The notes beneath the pieces were generated by a model. That model saw only the letters and a program-made list of their open reading frames with translations, searched no databases and was not told the origin of the DNA. The translations under genes were made by a program, and so were the position numbers. From assembly GCA_963705105.1 (NCBI GenBank), contig CAVPIW010000012.1, positions 160,001 through 224,000 of the forward strand: a stretch of DNA of 64,000 bases, in the 5' to 3' direction. Positions 48,695 to 59,821 of this stretch are shown here, piece by piece (the first letter of the stretch is position 1; the number at the start of each line of letters is the position of its first letter). Source of the stretch: an uncultured Nitrospiraceae bacterium (GTDB lineage: Bacteria; Nitrospirota; Thermodesulfovibrionia; Thermodesulfovibrionales; Dissulfurispiraceae).

Positions 48695-48876
48695 GGGTGC
48701 GCTGCATTGGATGGCAGGAGGCCTTGGGGTCAGACTTGCGAATTGCATGAGGCATTTAATCGTGCTAATATAATCGCTTTGCGTGGATGGACTATGCCCT
48801 GACACCCAGCGCGAGGAAAGCGAGCCGGAGGCCTCTGATCCGGAGAGTCTCCGGTACGATTAATAAACAATCTTCA

Positions 48877-50199
48877 TCATCTCAGATACGCCACCGCATC
48901 TTCGAGACCTAATCCAAGCCATTCCACGCGGTAACCGGAATATCCGCTCAGGAGGCCCCGTGCCTTTCTTTGTAATGAACTGATATCGGTCTTTGACTTG
49001 CTGAGCTTGACGTCGGCAAGCACCATCTCCTTCTTCAGGTCGTTCAGTGCCACGACGTCGATCTCATTATGGTTGCCTCTTTCCCAGTACGAGCCGATCA
49101 CGTTATAACGTCCGGTTTCGGCAAAGAGTTGCTGAAAGAATCTCTCGAGTATCCTGTCGGAATAGGTGTCGTAATCCCGATCGACGATTTTCCGTACATA
49201 TGCAAAATTGCCCGTTTCAGCAGCAGAACGGTTCCTCAGGATAAAGCGAAACCAGAAGTTCAGGAAATTGTCAGCGAGCCTGTACTTTTGAAGCCTCGAG
49301 TTGGGCTTCGCGCCGACGGGTTTGTGTTTTGTGATGAGCGCATAATCGTGCTCGAGCCGCGCGAGATAGGCCCCAGAATGGATTTCGAGGATCGACTCAA
49401 TCTCCGTGCGGGCTGTCTTCCCGGAGGATATTAATTCGAGGATGGAGAAATACATCCCGTATTCCTTTCCGAGTTCTTCGACAAGGAGGTTCCTGCCCTC
49501 ATCGATGAATGGAGAATTGGGGGAAAGGACAAGGTCCATCATCTTTCCGTACGAAAGCGCCGCATGTGAAGTCAGCACATCAAGGTACTTCGGCATGCCG
49601 CCGGTGAGGAGGTAGCAGTCGAAGAGATCTCTCGCCTCTTCAGTCCCGTGGTCGGCAAGGACCACCCGCATGTCGTGGATGGTGAACCCCTTCAGAAAGA
49701 TGATCCTGTCGGCCCTCCCGAAAAGGGGTTCCTTGGCCTCCTCGAAGATTCTGTGCATCAGCGAGTAGACGGAGCCGATGCAGATGAGAAGCATCGTGCA
49801 GCCGAATTTGTTAAGATCCCAAAGGCGCTGCATTTCGGAATAGATGGCCGGATTAATGGTATGAAACTCCTGGAATTCGTCGACAATGAGGACGAAACGC
49901 TCCTTCCTGGCAAGTTCAAGGAGCAGGGCGAAGACATCCCTGAAATACTTGATCTCACCGATGACAGGCAGGGTGAAGTGTTTCCTGATTTCTTCGATGT
50001 ATTCCATGCAGAGCAAATGCTCAGCCTTCTTTGAGACGAAGAAATAGAGGAACTTGCGCTGCTGTGCAAACTCGAGGGCAAGCATGGTCTTGCCCACACG
50101 CCTCCTCCCGGTGATCACGGCCATGCGCGAGGCATCCTTGGCCTGGTCATACAGCGTTGAGAGTTGCTGAAGTTCCTGCGTTCGGTTGTAGAATCTCAC
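48877..50199 (-). CDS. ATP-binding protein (archaeal-type AAA ATPase with DUF234 / PD-(D/E)xK-like C-terminus)
   Basis: FYNR..EL, GRRRVGKT, VDEFQ, GSYW...EIDVVA. Confidence 0.9.
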   Translation of the reverse strand: MRFYNRTQELQQLSTLYDQAKDASRMAVITGRRRVGKTMLALEFAQQRKFLYFFVSKKAEHLLCMEYIEEIRKHFTLPVIGEIKYFRDVFALLLELARKERFVLIVDEFQEFHTINPAIYSEMQRLWDLNKFGCTMLLICIGSVYSLMHRIFEEAKEPLFGRADRIIFLKGFTIHDMRVVLADHGTEEARDLFDCYLLTGGMPKYLDVLTSHAALSYGKMMDLVLSPNSPFIDEGRNLLVEELGKEYGMYFSILELISSGKTARTEIESILEIHSGAYLARLEHDYALITKHKPVGAKPNSRLQKYRLADNFLNFWFRFILRNRSAAETGNFAYVRKIVDRDYDTYSDRILERFFQQLFAETGRYNVIGSYWERGNHNEIDVVALNDLKKEMVLADVKLSKSKTDISSLQRKARGLLSGYSGYRVEWLGLGLEDAVAYLR

Positions 50200-50366
50200 G
50201 GCACTGACCTCTGATAGCGATTTATCGTAACAACGGTTACGGTAATTAATATTACGATAAATGCGGGGACATTGCAACGGCTCTCGTAACACTCTCTCCT
50301 TGTGCAGCGCCGCAGGTCCCGATACGATGAATATCTTCGGACTGGCGGCGGAAAGGAACGAGACAG

Positions 50367-50621
50367 ATGCGAGGCGCTTTAAGGAAGGGCGGGATTCAGG
50401 GTTTCCACTTTCATGATCTGCGGCACACGTTTGCGTCGCATTGTGTCATGGCGGGGATAGACATCACGACGGTATCAAAGCTGCTCGGACACAAGAGTCT
50501 TACCATGACCCTTCGGTACAGTCATTTGGCCCCTGATCACCTTCAGAACGCGGTCAGCATGCTGAATCTGACGGGCGAGGCAAAACGAACTGCATATTTA
50601 GTGCATAGTTCGGGGGGATAA
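50367..50621 (+). pseudogene. Phage-type tyrosine integrase C-terminal remnant
   Basis: FHDLRHTFAS...LLGHKSLTMTLRYSHL only; abuts the tRNA 3' end. Confidence 0.85.
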
Positions 50622-50656
50622 ACGGATGAAAGAGGATTGTAAGATATTGAAAAAAA

Positions 50657-50731
50657 TGGTAGGCACGAGGGGTATCGAACCCCTGACCTCTACCGTGTCA
50701 AGGTAGCGCTCTCCCACTGAGCTACGCGCCT
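50657..50731 (-). tRNA. tRNA-Val (GAC)
   Basis: AGGCGCGTAGCTCAGTGGGAGAGCGCTACCTT-GAC-ACGGTAGAGGTCAGGGGTTCGATACCCCTCGTGCCTACCA cloverleaf with CCA. Confidence 0.97.
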
Positions 50732-50791
50732 AACCAAATTGAATTTTAAACCGAGTGACGCCGGTTTTGTCAAGGCAGATGCCCAAGGCCT

Positions 50792-51670
50792 TCAATGAAA
50801 CAGGATGATAAGGGCGAATCCGGCGATCATGAGGGCCGTTCCCGCCAGTCTTTCCCTGATGCCGCTCTCCCTGAATAGGACGTATCCGTAGATCACGCCG
50901 AAGATCAGGCTCAGCCGCTTGACAGAGATCATATAGGCGACCTGGGTGAGGCTCATGGCGATCATGTGCGAGATGATCATGGCGGCGTAGAAGAGGCCCG
51001 GCAGGACCGATGCGGTGATCGCGCCGCTGCCGATGATGCCTCTCAATTCACTCCTTCCCTTATAGAGGGCGACGGGCGTGAAGGCGATGACGAGGGCCGT
51101 GAAATAGGTCACCGCAAAGAAGAGGGCCGAGGAGTGGACGATGGCCATCTTCCCGAGGGTCGATGTGAAGCTGTAGATGACGGCGACGATGATCATGCAG
51201 ACGACGCCGCGTTCCCTGGCGATGGCGTAGACCGGTTCGAGGATCCCTTTTCTTACGTCCCTGATGTTGAGGAGATAACCGCCCGCGGCGATGCAGAGGA
51301 TGCCGAAAGCGCCGAGTGCGGAGACCTCTTCACCGAGGACGATCCGGGGCAGGACGATGAGGAAGACCGGCGTGAGGGAAAGGAAGGGCAGGGTGAGGCT
51401 GAGCGGTGAGAGCTTCAGGGCCTTGACGTAGAGGATGACCGATGCGATCTCGAGGGGCAGGGCGGCGAAAAAGGCCCTGAAGAAGGAGGCGTCAAGGGGC
51501 GGGACAGGGATGAAGAGGAGGGTGACGAAAAGGACGGGCAGTGTCAAAACAAGCCGGAGCCAGGCGATGAGGTATTCGTTATGCAAAGCGAGGGCCTTCT
51601 TGGTGAGGGCGTCGCTTGTGGCGAGTGCGAATGCCGACACGAGAGCGAGGGCGATCCAGAGATGCTCCAT
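50792..51670 (-). CDS. DMT/EamA family transporter
   Basis: About 10 TM segments in two EamA-like halves. Confidence 0.9.
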   Translation of the reverse strand: MEHLWIALALVSAFALATSDALTKKALALHNEYLIAWLRLVLTLPVLFVTLLFIPVPPLDASFFRAFFAALPLEIASVILYVKALKLSPLSLTLPFLSLTPVFLIVLPRIVLGEEVSALGAFGILCIAAGGYLLNIRDVRKGILEPVYAIARERGVVCMIIVAVIYSFTSTLGKMAIVHSSALFFAVTYFTALVIAFTPVALYKGRSELRGIIGSGAITASVLPGLFYAAMIISHMIAMSLTQVAYMISVKRLSLIFGVIYGYVLFRESGIRERLAGTALMIAGFALIILFH

Positions 51671-51715
51671 CTCTTCATTGTATAGGCGGATGTCTGCGGA
51701 TGACAACACCATAAT

Positions 51716-52016
51716 AGTGTCAGTGTCAGTGTGAGTGTCAGTGTCAGTGAAAGGAAAGCGCCGCAAGACGGTCTCACGCAAAGCCGCAAAGAGCGCAAAG
51801 AAAGACGAAAGCACATTATTTCAGAAGAAACAGACCGTTTCGTTATTGCATTTGCCGTTCTTGGCGGACTTGGCGTGAGATAGGGTCGTTTCTTGTTCGT
51901 AAAAGAGAAAAATGTATTCCCGCGCAAAGCCGCAAAAAATGTAAAGAAGAGACAAGAGAGTGCGAGTGTGAGTGCCGGTGAAAGGAAATTGTCTGAGTCC
52001 TCAGTCCTGAGTCCTT
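51716..52016. repeat. Repeat cluster: GTGTCA hexamer array, C modules (51764-51806, inverted 51851-51880, 51920-51987), TCCTGAG heptamers
   Basis: Directly visible tandem and inverted units. Confidence 0.8.
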
Positions 52017-52110
52017 GTTCCTGCCTTTTGGCGGAAATATTTCACAAAAAGGTGTAATATAAAAGACTTTAATAGATGCATATGATTTTCCAAATAAGCG
52101 AGGAGGATGA

Positions 52111-53130
<1,020 letters not shown>

Positions 53131-53175
53131 GGGCTGAGCGGCCACTGACAACGACATTGTCTCCCCTGTCCTGAC

Positions 53176-53820
53176 ATGGCGGGATTCGCACCAGAGGGAA
53201 AGCCTTTTATGACGGCCTTTGCCGTGCTGACGGGACTCGCATTTGTATTCGGGTCAAAGGCCCTGACGACGCTCTTTCTTATCGGGCTGCTCTTCATGGC
53301 CTATTTCTTCCGTGATCCCGAGCGAACCGTGCCGGACCGCGAGGACGTCTACCTTTCGCCCGCCGACGGCAAGGTGATCGTTGTCGGGCCGGCCAGGGAT
53401 GAGCGCTTCATCGGGGGCAACGCGTTGGAAGTCGGCATATTCATGTCGCCCCTTGACGTGCACGTCAACAGGGCGCCCTGTGACGGCGTCGTCACCTCGG
53501 TGGTGCACAGCCCGGGCAAGTTTGTCTCCGCCTTCAAGCCCGAGGCATCCCTCCTGAACGAGCAGATATCCCTCCTGCTCGACACGGCCCGGGGAAAGGT
53601 CCTCGTCCGCCAGGTTGCAGGCTTCGTGGCCCGCCGGGCCGTCTGCCGGGTGAAAGCAGGCGACCGGCTCCGCAGGGGAGAGCGTTTCGGGATCATCAAG
53701 TTCAGCTCCCGTGTCGACGTCTATCTGCCCGCCGGTACGGTCCCTGCCGTAAAAATCGGCGACAGGGTGAAGGCGGGGGAGACGGTCATCGGGCACGTGC
53801 AGGGGTACCATGCCGTTTAA
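53176..53820 (+). CDS. psd: Phosphatidylserine decarboxylase
   Basis: FFRDPER, SPADG, IFMSPLDVHVNRAP, FSSRVD. Confidence 0.93.
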   Translation: MAGFAPEGKPFMTAFAVLTGLAFVFGSKALTTLFLIGLLFMAYFFRDPERTVPDREDVYLSPADGKVIVVGPARDERFIGGNALEVGIFMSPLDVHVNRAPCDGVVTSVVHSPGKFVSAFKPEASLLNEQISLLLDTARGKVLVRQVAGFVARRAVCRVKAGDRLRRGERFGIIKFSSRVDVYLPAGTVPAVKIGDRVKAGETVIGHVQGYHAV

Positions 53821-54592
53821 ACGGAAGCCGCCATACGACAGGATCCCGAAGAAGGGCGTCTACCTCCTGCCGAACACGCTCACGCTCTGCGGCATGCTGT
53901 CGGGGTTCTTCGCCATCCTCTCGGCGATCAACGGGAATTTTCTCTACGCGGCGTGGGCGATCATCATCGCCAACATCTTCGACGGCCTCGACGGGTGGAT
54001 CGCCCGGCTCACGAATACGACGACGCGCTTCGGCATCGAGCTCGATTCCCTGTCGGACCTTGTCGCCTTCGGTGTGGCGCCGTCGGTCATGATGTACAAG
54101 TGGGCGCTCCAGCCCTTCGGCAGGGTCGGATGGGCGGCGGCATTCCTCTTCGTCGCCTGCGGAGCCCTGCGCCTGGCCCGATTCAACGTCCAGACCGGCG
54201 CGCCCGGTTCGAAGGCGTTCAAGGGAATGCCGATCCCCGCGGCTGCGACGGTCCTCTCGTCGGTCGTCATCTTCTACTACGAATTTCACACGGGCATCCC
54301 CGATAGGAACGTATTTTATCCTGTCCTGACGATCCTCCTGTCCCTGCTCATGGTGAGCACGCTGCGCTACCACGGGCTCAAGGAGATCGACTTCAAGGAG
54401 AAGAAGCCCTTCTGGGTCCTCATCGTCTTCGTCCTGATCCTTTTCGTCATCTTCATCCATCCCTCGACGGCGATCTTCATTTTTGCCATGGCCTATCTCA
54501 CATGGGGTATAATTGAGAATATCTATCTGTTCTTCAAGAAAAGAAAGACCAAGACCGAAGAGGTGAGGAGCGAGCCAGATGAGAATCATTAA
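53810..54592 (+). CDS. pssA: CDP-diacylglycerol--serine O-phosphatidyltransferase
   Basis: DGLDG.IAR...FG.ELDSLSD. Confidence 0.95.
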   Translation: MPFKRKPPYDRIPKKGVYLLPNTLTLCGMLSGFFAILSAINGNFLYAAWAIIIANIFDGLDGWIARLTNTTTRFGIELDSLSDLVAFGVAPSVMMYKWALQPFGRVGWAAAFLFVACGALRLARFNVQTGAPGSKAFKGMPIPAAATVLSSVVIFYYEFHTGIPDRNVFYPVLTILLSLLMVSTLRYHGLKEIDFKEKKPFWVLIVFVLILFVIFIHPSTAIFIFAMAYLTWGIIENIYLFFKKRKTKTEEVRSEPDENH

Positions 54593-56081
54593 GATCTTCG
54601 ATACGACCCTCCGCGACGGGGAGCAGTCTCCAGGCGCATCGATGAACGTTGAGGAAAAGATCCGCGTGGCAAGGCAGCTCGTGAAACTCGGCGTCGATAT
54701 CATCGAGGCGGGATTTCCCATCGCCTCGCCCGGTGATTTCGAAGCGGTGAAGCGGATCGGCGGGGAAGTGGGCGGGGCTGTCATCGCAGGCCTTGCGCGG
54801 GCACGGGAGGAGGACATCAAGCGGGCCTGGGAGGCGCTCAGGGACACGCCGCAGAGGAGGATCCACACCTTCCACTCGACGTCGGACATCCACCTGAAAT
54901 ACCAGTTCCGGGTGAACCGCGAGGAGGCGCTCAAAAGGTCCGTCGAGATGGTCGCCCTGGCGAGGAGTTATGTCGACGATGTGGAGTTCTCGCCCATGGA
55001 CGCAACGCGGACGGAGCTCGGGTATCTTCTCGACGTCGTCGACGCCGTCGTCGGCGCCGGGGCCTCGACGGTGAACATCCCCGATACGGTGGGCTTCATC
55101 ACTCCCTCTGAATTCGGGGAGATCATCAGGGCGATCAGGGAGCGGATCGGGGAGCGGGCCGTCATTTCCGTCCACTGTCACAACGATCTGGGCCTTGCCG
55201 TTGCCAATTCCCTTTCGGCGATCCTGAGCGGGGCGGGGCAGGTGGAGTGCACGGTGAACGGCATCGGCGAGAGGGCGGGCAACTGTTCCATGGAAGAGGT
55301 CGTCATGGCCCTCAAGACGAGACCCCAATTCTTCGATGCCGACACGAACATCAGGACCACGGAGATCTATAAAACGAGCCGTCTCGTTTCGAAAATTACG
55401 GGCATCGTGGTGCAGCCGAACAAGGCCGTTGTGGGATCGAACGCCTTCGCCCACGAGTCGGGCATCCATCAGGACGGCCTCCTGAAGGAGAGGCTGACCT
55501 ACGAGATCATGAAGCCCGAAGACGTGGGCATCCCCAGCTCAAAGCTCGTGCTGGGAAAACATTCGGGGAGGCACGCCTTCAAGACGAGGCTGAAGGAGCT
55601 CGGTTACGAGATGTCGGAGGAGGAGAGCAACCGGACCTTCGAGAAGTTTAAGAATCTCGCAGACCAAAAGAAATACATCTTCGACGAGGACATCGAGACG
55701 CTTGTCTCGGAGGAGTTCTCGAAGATCCCCGAGATTTACAGCCTCGTCGACCTTTCCATTTCGAGCGGCATAAACCAGAGGCCCATGGCGGCCATCAAGA
55801 TGAAGGTCAACGACAGGGCGGTCGAAAGGGTCGGTCACGGCGACGGACCCGTTGACGCCGTCTACAAGGCCATCGCGGCGATCACGAAGACGAAGAGCAA
55901 CCTGCAGACCTTCGAGGTCAAGGCGATCACCGGCGGCACCGACGCGCTCGGCGAAGTGACGGTCACTCTCGAGGAGGACGGCAGGACGGTGCGGGGCCAC
56001 GGCGCCGACACGGACATCATCGTCGCCTCTGCAAAGGCCTACATCAAGGCGCTGAACAAGCTCGCCGTCCGGAAGAAATAG
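54579..56081 (+). CDS. leuA: 2-isopropylmalate synthase
   Basis: FDTTLRDGEQSPG, HCHNDLG, GIGERAGN, HESGIHQDG. Confidence 0.97.
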   Translation: MRIIKIFDTTLRDGEQSPGASMNVEEKIRVARQLVKLGVDIIEAGFPIASPGDFEAVKRIGGEVGGAVIAGLARAREEDIKRAWEALRDTPQRRIHTFHSTSDIHLKYQFRVNREEALKRSVEMVALARSYVDDVEFSPMDATRTELGYLLDVVDAVVGAGASTVNIPDTVGFITPSEFGEIIRAIRERIGERAVISVHCHNDLGLAVANSLSAILSGAGQVECTVNGIGERAGNCSMEEVVMALKTRPQFFDADTNIRTTEIYKTSRLVSKITGIVVQPNKAVVGSNAFAHESGIHQDGLLKERLTYEIMKPEDVGIPSSKLVLGKHSGRHAFKTRLKELGYEMSEEESNRTFEKFKNLADQKKYIFDEDIETLVSEEFSKIPEIYSLVDLSISSGINQRPMAAIKMKVNDRAVERVGHGDGPVDAVYKAIAAITKTKSNLQTFEVKAITGGTDALGEVTVTLEEDGRTVRGHGADTDIIVASAKAYIKALNKLAVRKK

Positions 56082-56133
56082 GCCTCCCGGGCGCTTTGCG
56101 CCGCCCGTCTCGCGCGTAAAATATGAACATGCC

Positions 56134-57132
56134 ATGAGCTACATATCCGTCATAGGCGGAGGCAGCTGGGGGACCACCCTTGCTGCGCTCCTTGCGGACA
56201 AGGGATACGATGTCACCCTGTGGACCCTTGAGCCGGAAGTTGTGGGGCAGATCAACGACGAGGGTGTCAACGCCGCCTATCTTCCCGGCGTCGTCCTCCC
56301 CGCTTCCTTGCGGGCGACGAACGATTTCAGGGAAGCGGCGGAAAAGGCGCGCTACGTCCTGAACGCCGTGCCCACCCAGTACATCCGGACAGTTTTCAGC
56401 GGCCTCAGCCCGCACCTCACGAATGAGGCGATCATCGTCAGCGCCTCCAAGGGGATCGAGATCGGCACGCTCCTCACGCCGTCGCGCATCCTCGGGGAAA
56501 CGACGGGCAGGCCTGTTTCCGTCCTCTCGGGACCGAGCTTCGCCCGGGAAGTGATCGAAAAGCTGCCGACAGGCGTCACCCTTGCGACGCACGACAAGAT
56601 GACGGGCCTCATCCTGCAGGAGGTCTTCAACACAGACTACTTCAGGGTCTATACCCACGACGATGTCATCGGCGTCGAGATCGGCGGCGCCCTGAAAAAT
56701 GTCATCGCCATCGCCTCGGGCATCTCCGACGGCATGGGGCTGGGGTACAACGCGAGGGCGACCCTCATCACCCGGGGCCTGGCCGAGATCAGGCGACTGG
56801 GCGCGGCGCTGCAGGCGCGGGAGGTGACGTTTTCGGGATTGAGCGGCATCGGCGACCTCGTTCTCACCTGCACGGCGGGGCTTTCGAGGAACTACACGGT
56901 AGGTCACCGGCTCGGCCAGGGACAGACTCTGCAGGAAATCACGGGGAGCATGAAGCAGGTCGCCGAGGGGGTCACGACGACTCATTCGGCCTTCGAGCTC
57001 TCGCGAAAGCACGGTATCGAGATGCCGATCACCGAGCAAGTCTATTTCGCCCTCTATGAGGGGAAGTCTCCCCGTGAGGCCGTGACGGACCTCATGAACC
57101 GCTCCCTGAAATCGGAGTTTCATGGATACTGA
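56134..57132 (+). CDS. gpsA: NAD(P)H-dependent glycerol-3-phosphate dehydrogenase
   Basis: GGGSWGT, LSGPSFA, GALKNVIA, GDLVLTC...SRN. Confidence 0.97.
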   Translation: MSYISVIGGGSWGTTLAALLADKGYDVTLWTLEPEVVGQINDEGVNAAYLPGVVLPASLRATNDFREAAEKARYVLNAVPTQYIRTVFSGLSPHLTNEAIIVSASKGIEIGTLLTPSRILGETTGRPVSVLSGPSFAREVIEKLPTGVTLATHDKMTGLILQEVFNTDYFRVYTHDDVIGVEIGGALKNVIAIASGISDGMGLGYNARATLITRGLAEIRRLGAALQAREVTFSGLSGIGDLVLTCTAGLSRNYTVGHRLGQGQTLQEITGSMKQVAEGVTTTHSAFELSRKHGIEMPITEQVYFALYEGKSPREAVTDLMNRSLKSEFHGY

Positions 57133-57880
57133 GGTGCTGAAGGAACTGCTCGCCGACGTCCGGGCGGGCAAGGTCGCCGTAGAGGAGGCACTGGAGGCCC
57201 TGAAAGGGTTTCCCTTCGAAGACCTCGCCTTTGCAAAGGTCGACCACCACAGGACCCTCCGCACGGGGATCCCCGAGGTCATCTATGCACGGGGGAAGAC
57301 GACGGAGGAGGTCGTGTCGATCGCCCGGTCGATGCTCGACCGGAGCGGCAGATTTCTTATAACCCGCGCATCGGAGGATGTGTTCCGCGCCCTCGGCATC
57401 GAAGAAGCCCGGTTTCATCAGGCATCAGGCGTCATCTCCTGCGGGAGCGGCAGGGCGAAGAGGGGGTTCGTGCTTGTCATCTCTGCCGGGACGTCGGACA
57501 TCCCCGTCGCGGAAGAGGCCGAGGTGACGGCATCGTTCCTCGGGAGCAAAACGGAGCGCCTCTATGATGTCGGTGTGGCCGGCATCCACCGGCTCTTCAG
57601 CCATCAGCGCCTCTTCGGAAAGGCACGGGTCATCGTCGTCGTCGCCGGAATGGAGGGAGCCCTGCCCTCCGTCGTGGCGAGCGTCACGGACAGGCCCGTC
57701 ATCGCCGTACCCACGTCGGTGGGCTACGGCACGAGCTTCGGCGGCCTCACCGCCCTTTTTGCGATGCTCAACTCCTGCGTTCCGGGCATCGCCGTCGTCA
57801 ACATCGACAACGGGTTCGGGGCGGGATGCCTCGCCCACAGGATCAACCTGATGGGCGGAGGGCAAAAAAAAGAGGGATGA
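57122..57880 (+). CDS. larB: Nickel-pincer cofactor biosynthesis protein LarB
   Basis: AGTSDIPVAEEA, DVGVAGIHRL, AGMEGALPSV, VNIDNGFGA. Confidence 0.95.
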   Translation: MDTEVLKELLADVRAGKVAVEEALEALKGFPFEDLAFAKVDHHRTLRTGIPEVIYARGKTTEEVVSIARSMLDRSGRFLITRASEDVFRALGIEEARFHQASGVISCGSGRAKRGFVLVISAGTSDIPVAEEAEVTASFLGSKTERLYDVGVAGIHRLFSHQRLFGKARVIVVVAGMEGALPSVVASVTDRPVIAVPTSVGYGTSFGGLTALFAMLNSCVPGIAVVNIDNGFGAGCLAHRINLMGGGQKKEG

Positions 57881-57923
57881 AACGTCTTCATCCCTTTCAA
57901 CCTCTATCCGTTGAACGTACAGT

Positions 57924-58130
57924 TCAGCAGGCAGGCCCTCAGGCCGCCTGCCCTCCTCCGGAAAAGGGCGTCGACTGGTTCTGGAAGGACAAGCAGCTGA
58001 ATGTCGAGAACCTCTTCCTCACCTTCGGCGCCCCGCATTCCGGGCATGTGACCTGCTTTTCCCCTTGGAGACTCTGGTAGACCGTAAAGACCTCGTCACA
58101 CCGCGTGCAGTCGTACTCGTAAATCGGCAT
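57924..58130 (-). CDS. FmdB-family zinc-ribbon protein; stop at 57939 or Sec read-through to 57924
   Basis: MPIYEYDCTRC...CPECGA; UGA at 57939-57941 followed by in-frame GPAC-UGA. Confidence 0.85.
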
Positions 58131-58197
58131 CCCTCTACCCCCCGGTTGATCTGCAGCCATCGTCCGCGATGACCGCGTGCTTTGTAATTGAAGATTT

Positions 58198-58396
58198 TAA
58201 CCTTTCCATTGTATGAAAAGGCGGGACAAAGTGCTTCAAAACAGTGTCAGTGATAGTATGAGTGTCAGTAAAAGGTTCACTTTTTTCAGCCCTGAGCCTG
58301 AATTGATCCGTATGGGAAGGCATAGGTTTCGCAGGACCAAGGCTTTTCGGCATCTTCGCCCCGCCTTTTCGGATGTCCTATTGCAACGATAACGTT
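58198..58396 (-). repeat. Family A full copy
   Basis: Both arms plus GTGTCA interior. Confidence 0.85.
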
Positions 58397-58423
58397 GATT
58401 CTGGCACGGCAAAAGGCCTTTCG

Positions 58424-58885
58424 TCAATCGGCGGGAGTCCGCCGCAGGTCGAGCATCATGATCAGGCCATCCTCGGGAGGCGCTGCATAGTAGTTCTTCC
58501 TGATGCCGACGGTCCTGAACCCGAACCGCTCATAGAGCACCCGGGCTGCCCGGTTCGAGGCCCTGACCTCGAGATAGAGGGAACTGTCTTCCGCAGACGT
58601 CAGTTCTGCGATCATCTCTTCGAGGAGTGTCGCTGCGACACCGCGGGTTCTGCAGAGCGGGTGGACGGCAAGGTTCATGAGATGACATTCATCGACGATC
58701 CGCCGGATGCAGATATACCCCTTCACCGAGCCTTCCGCTTCGGCGACCCATGTCAGGGCATGGCGGTGGTAGATCTCCTTGAAGAAGGACGTCTCGGACC
58801 AGGGGGTGCTGAAGGAGGCCCGCTCGATCCTGACTATCTCGGGTATGTCATCGGGGAGCATTTCCCGTACGATCAGCCGGTCCAT
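58424..58885 (-). CDS. rimI: Ribosomal-protein-alanine N-acetyltransferase
   Basis: NLAVHP..R.RG, LEVRASN..A..LYERFGF..VGIRKNYY. Confidence 0.95.
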   Translation of the reverse strand: MDRLIVREMLPDDIPEIVRIERASFSTPWSETSFFKEIYHRHALTWVAEAEGSVKGYICIRRIVDECHLMNLAVHPLCRTRGVAATLLEEMIAELTSAEDSSLYLEVRASNRAARVLYERFGFRTVGIRKNYYAAPPEDGLIMMLDLRRTPAD

Positions 58886-58896
58886 CCCGTCGCCTT

Positions 58897-59105
58897 CACC
58901 TTATCGTTGCAATACGTTCTGAGGAAAGGCGGGGTGTATGCGCCGAAAACCTTGGTGCGGCGACACCGTAATCGTCACGAAAGACAACGGTTCAAGACAA
59001 AAGTCGATCACACAAAAAGCGGACTTCTGAAAGAAGAACCTGACAATGCTCATCGTAGCCTTCAGCAAGGCTTTGAGGCGCTTCGCCCCGCAACTGAAAG
59101 GTTCA
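58897..59105 (+). repeat. Family A full copy (subtype 2 interior)
   Basis: ACCTTATCGTTGCAATAC...GCAACTGAAAGGTTCA between tsaB and rimI. Confidence 0.85.
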
Positions 59106-59106
59106 T

Positions 59107-59793
59107 TCACTGTTTGACGCCCGCCTTGATCTCCGCCTCGGACCTTCTGATGTAGAAGGGCGAGAGGGTGACGGGGTTTTCATAGTCGTTCTGCAACGCC
59201 TTTTTGCGGCAGAGGAGCGCCACGGCGGCAGGGGAGGGGACCATATGATGGAAGTGGCCGAAAATCGCGCGGTCTCCCAGGCGTTCCAGGGTCTGACGAT
59301 ACCGGAGCGCCCCTTCACCGAGAAAGACGGTCCTTTCGCTCACCTGCGGGATGAGCGCTTCCGCCGGAAGGGCGCATTCAGTCATGCGTCGCCTGAACCC
59401 GTCTCCGTTCCATTCGAAGACGGCCGCGTAGACCTCTCCTCTGCGGGCGTCCAGGAGCGGGCAGACGTGGTGGATACAGAAGGGCAGGTGCCAGGCAAAG
59501 GCCTCCAGTGTCGGGACGGCGACGACCGGTTTTCCCGTTGCGAAGGCGAGCCCTTTGACGGTGCTCAGACCGACCCTGAGGCCCGTGAAGGAACCGGGGC
59601 CGATGGAGATGCCGAAGATGTCGATGTCGCCGATGACGAGTGACGAGCGTTTCATGATGTGGTCGATCTCGCCCAGGAGTCGCTCGGAATGGGTGACACG
59701 GACATTGAGTCTCGACTCGGCGATGAGGCTGTCGTCGACCGTGACGGCGAGGCCGCCCAGCACGGTCGATGTCTCGACGGCAAGGATCTTCAC
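59107..59793 (-). CDS. tsaB: tRNA t6A biosynthesis protein TsaB
   Basis: ILAVETS, HSERLL, GPGSFTGLRVG, DARRGEVY. Confidence 0.96.
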   Translation of the reverse strand: MKILAVETSTVLGGLAVTVDDSLIAESRLNVRVTHSERLLGEIDHIMKRSSLVIGDIDIFGISIGPGSFTGLRVGLSTVKGLAFATGKPVVAVPTLEAFAWHLPFCIHHVCPLLDARRGEVYAAVFEWNGDGFRRRMTECALPAEALIPQVSERTVFLGEGALRYRQTLERLGDRAIFGHFHHMVPSPAAVALLCRKKALQNDYENPVTLSPFYIRRSEAEIKAGVKQ

Positions 59794-59821
59794 AGCCCCT
59801 CCCTCTGCACTATCGCTGCTG

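Noticed and set aside
50657..50731. tRNA-Sec supporting UGA read-through
   Set aside because: Anticodon is GAC with a short variable loop (Val); no sel genes are in this window, so Sec decoding remains an inference
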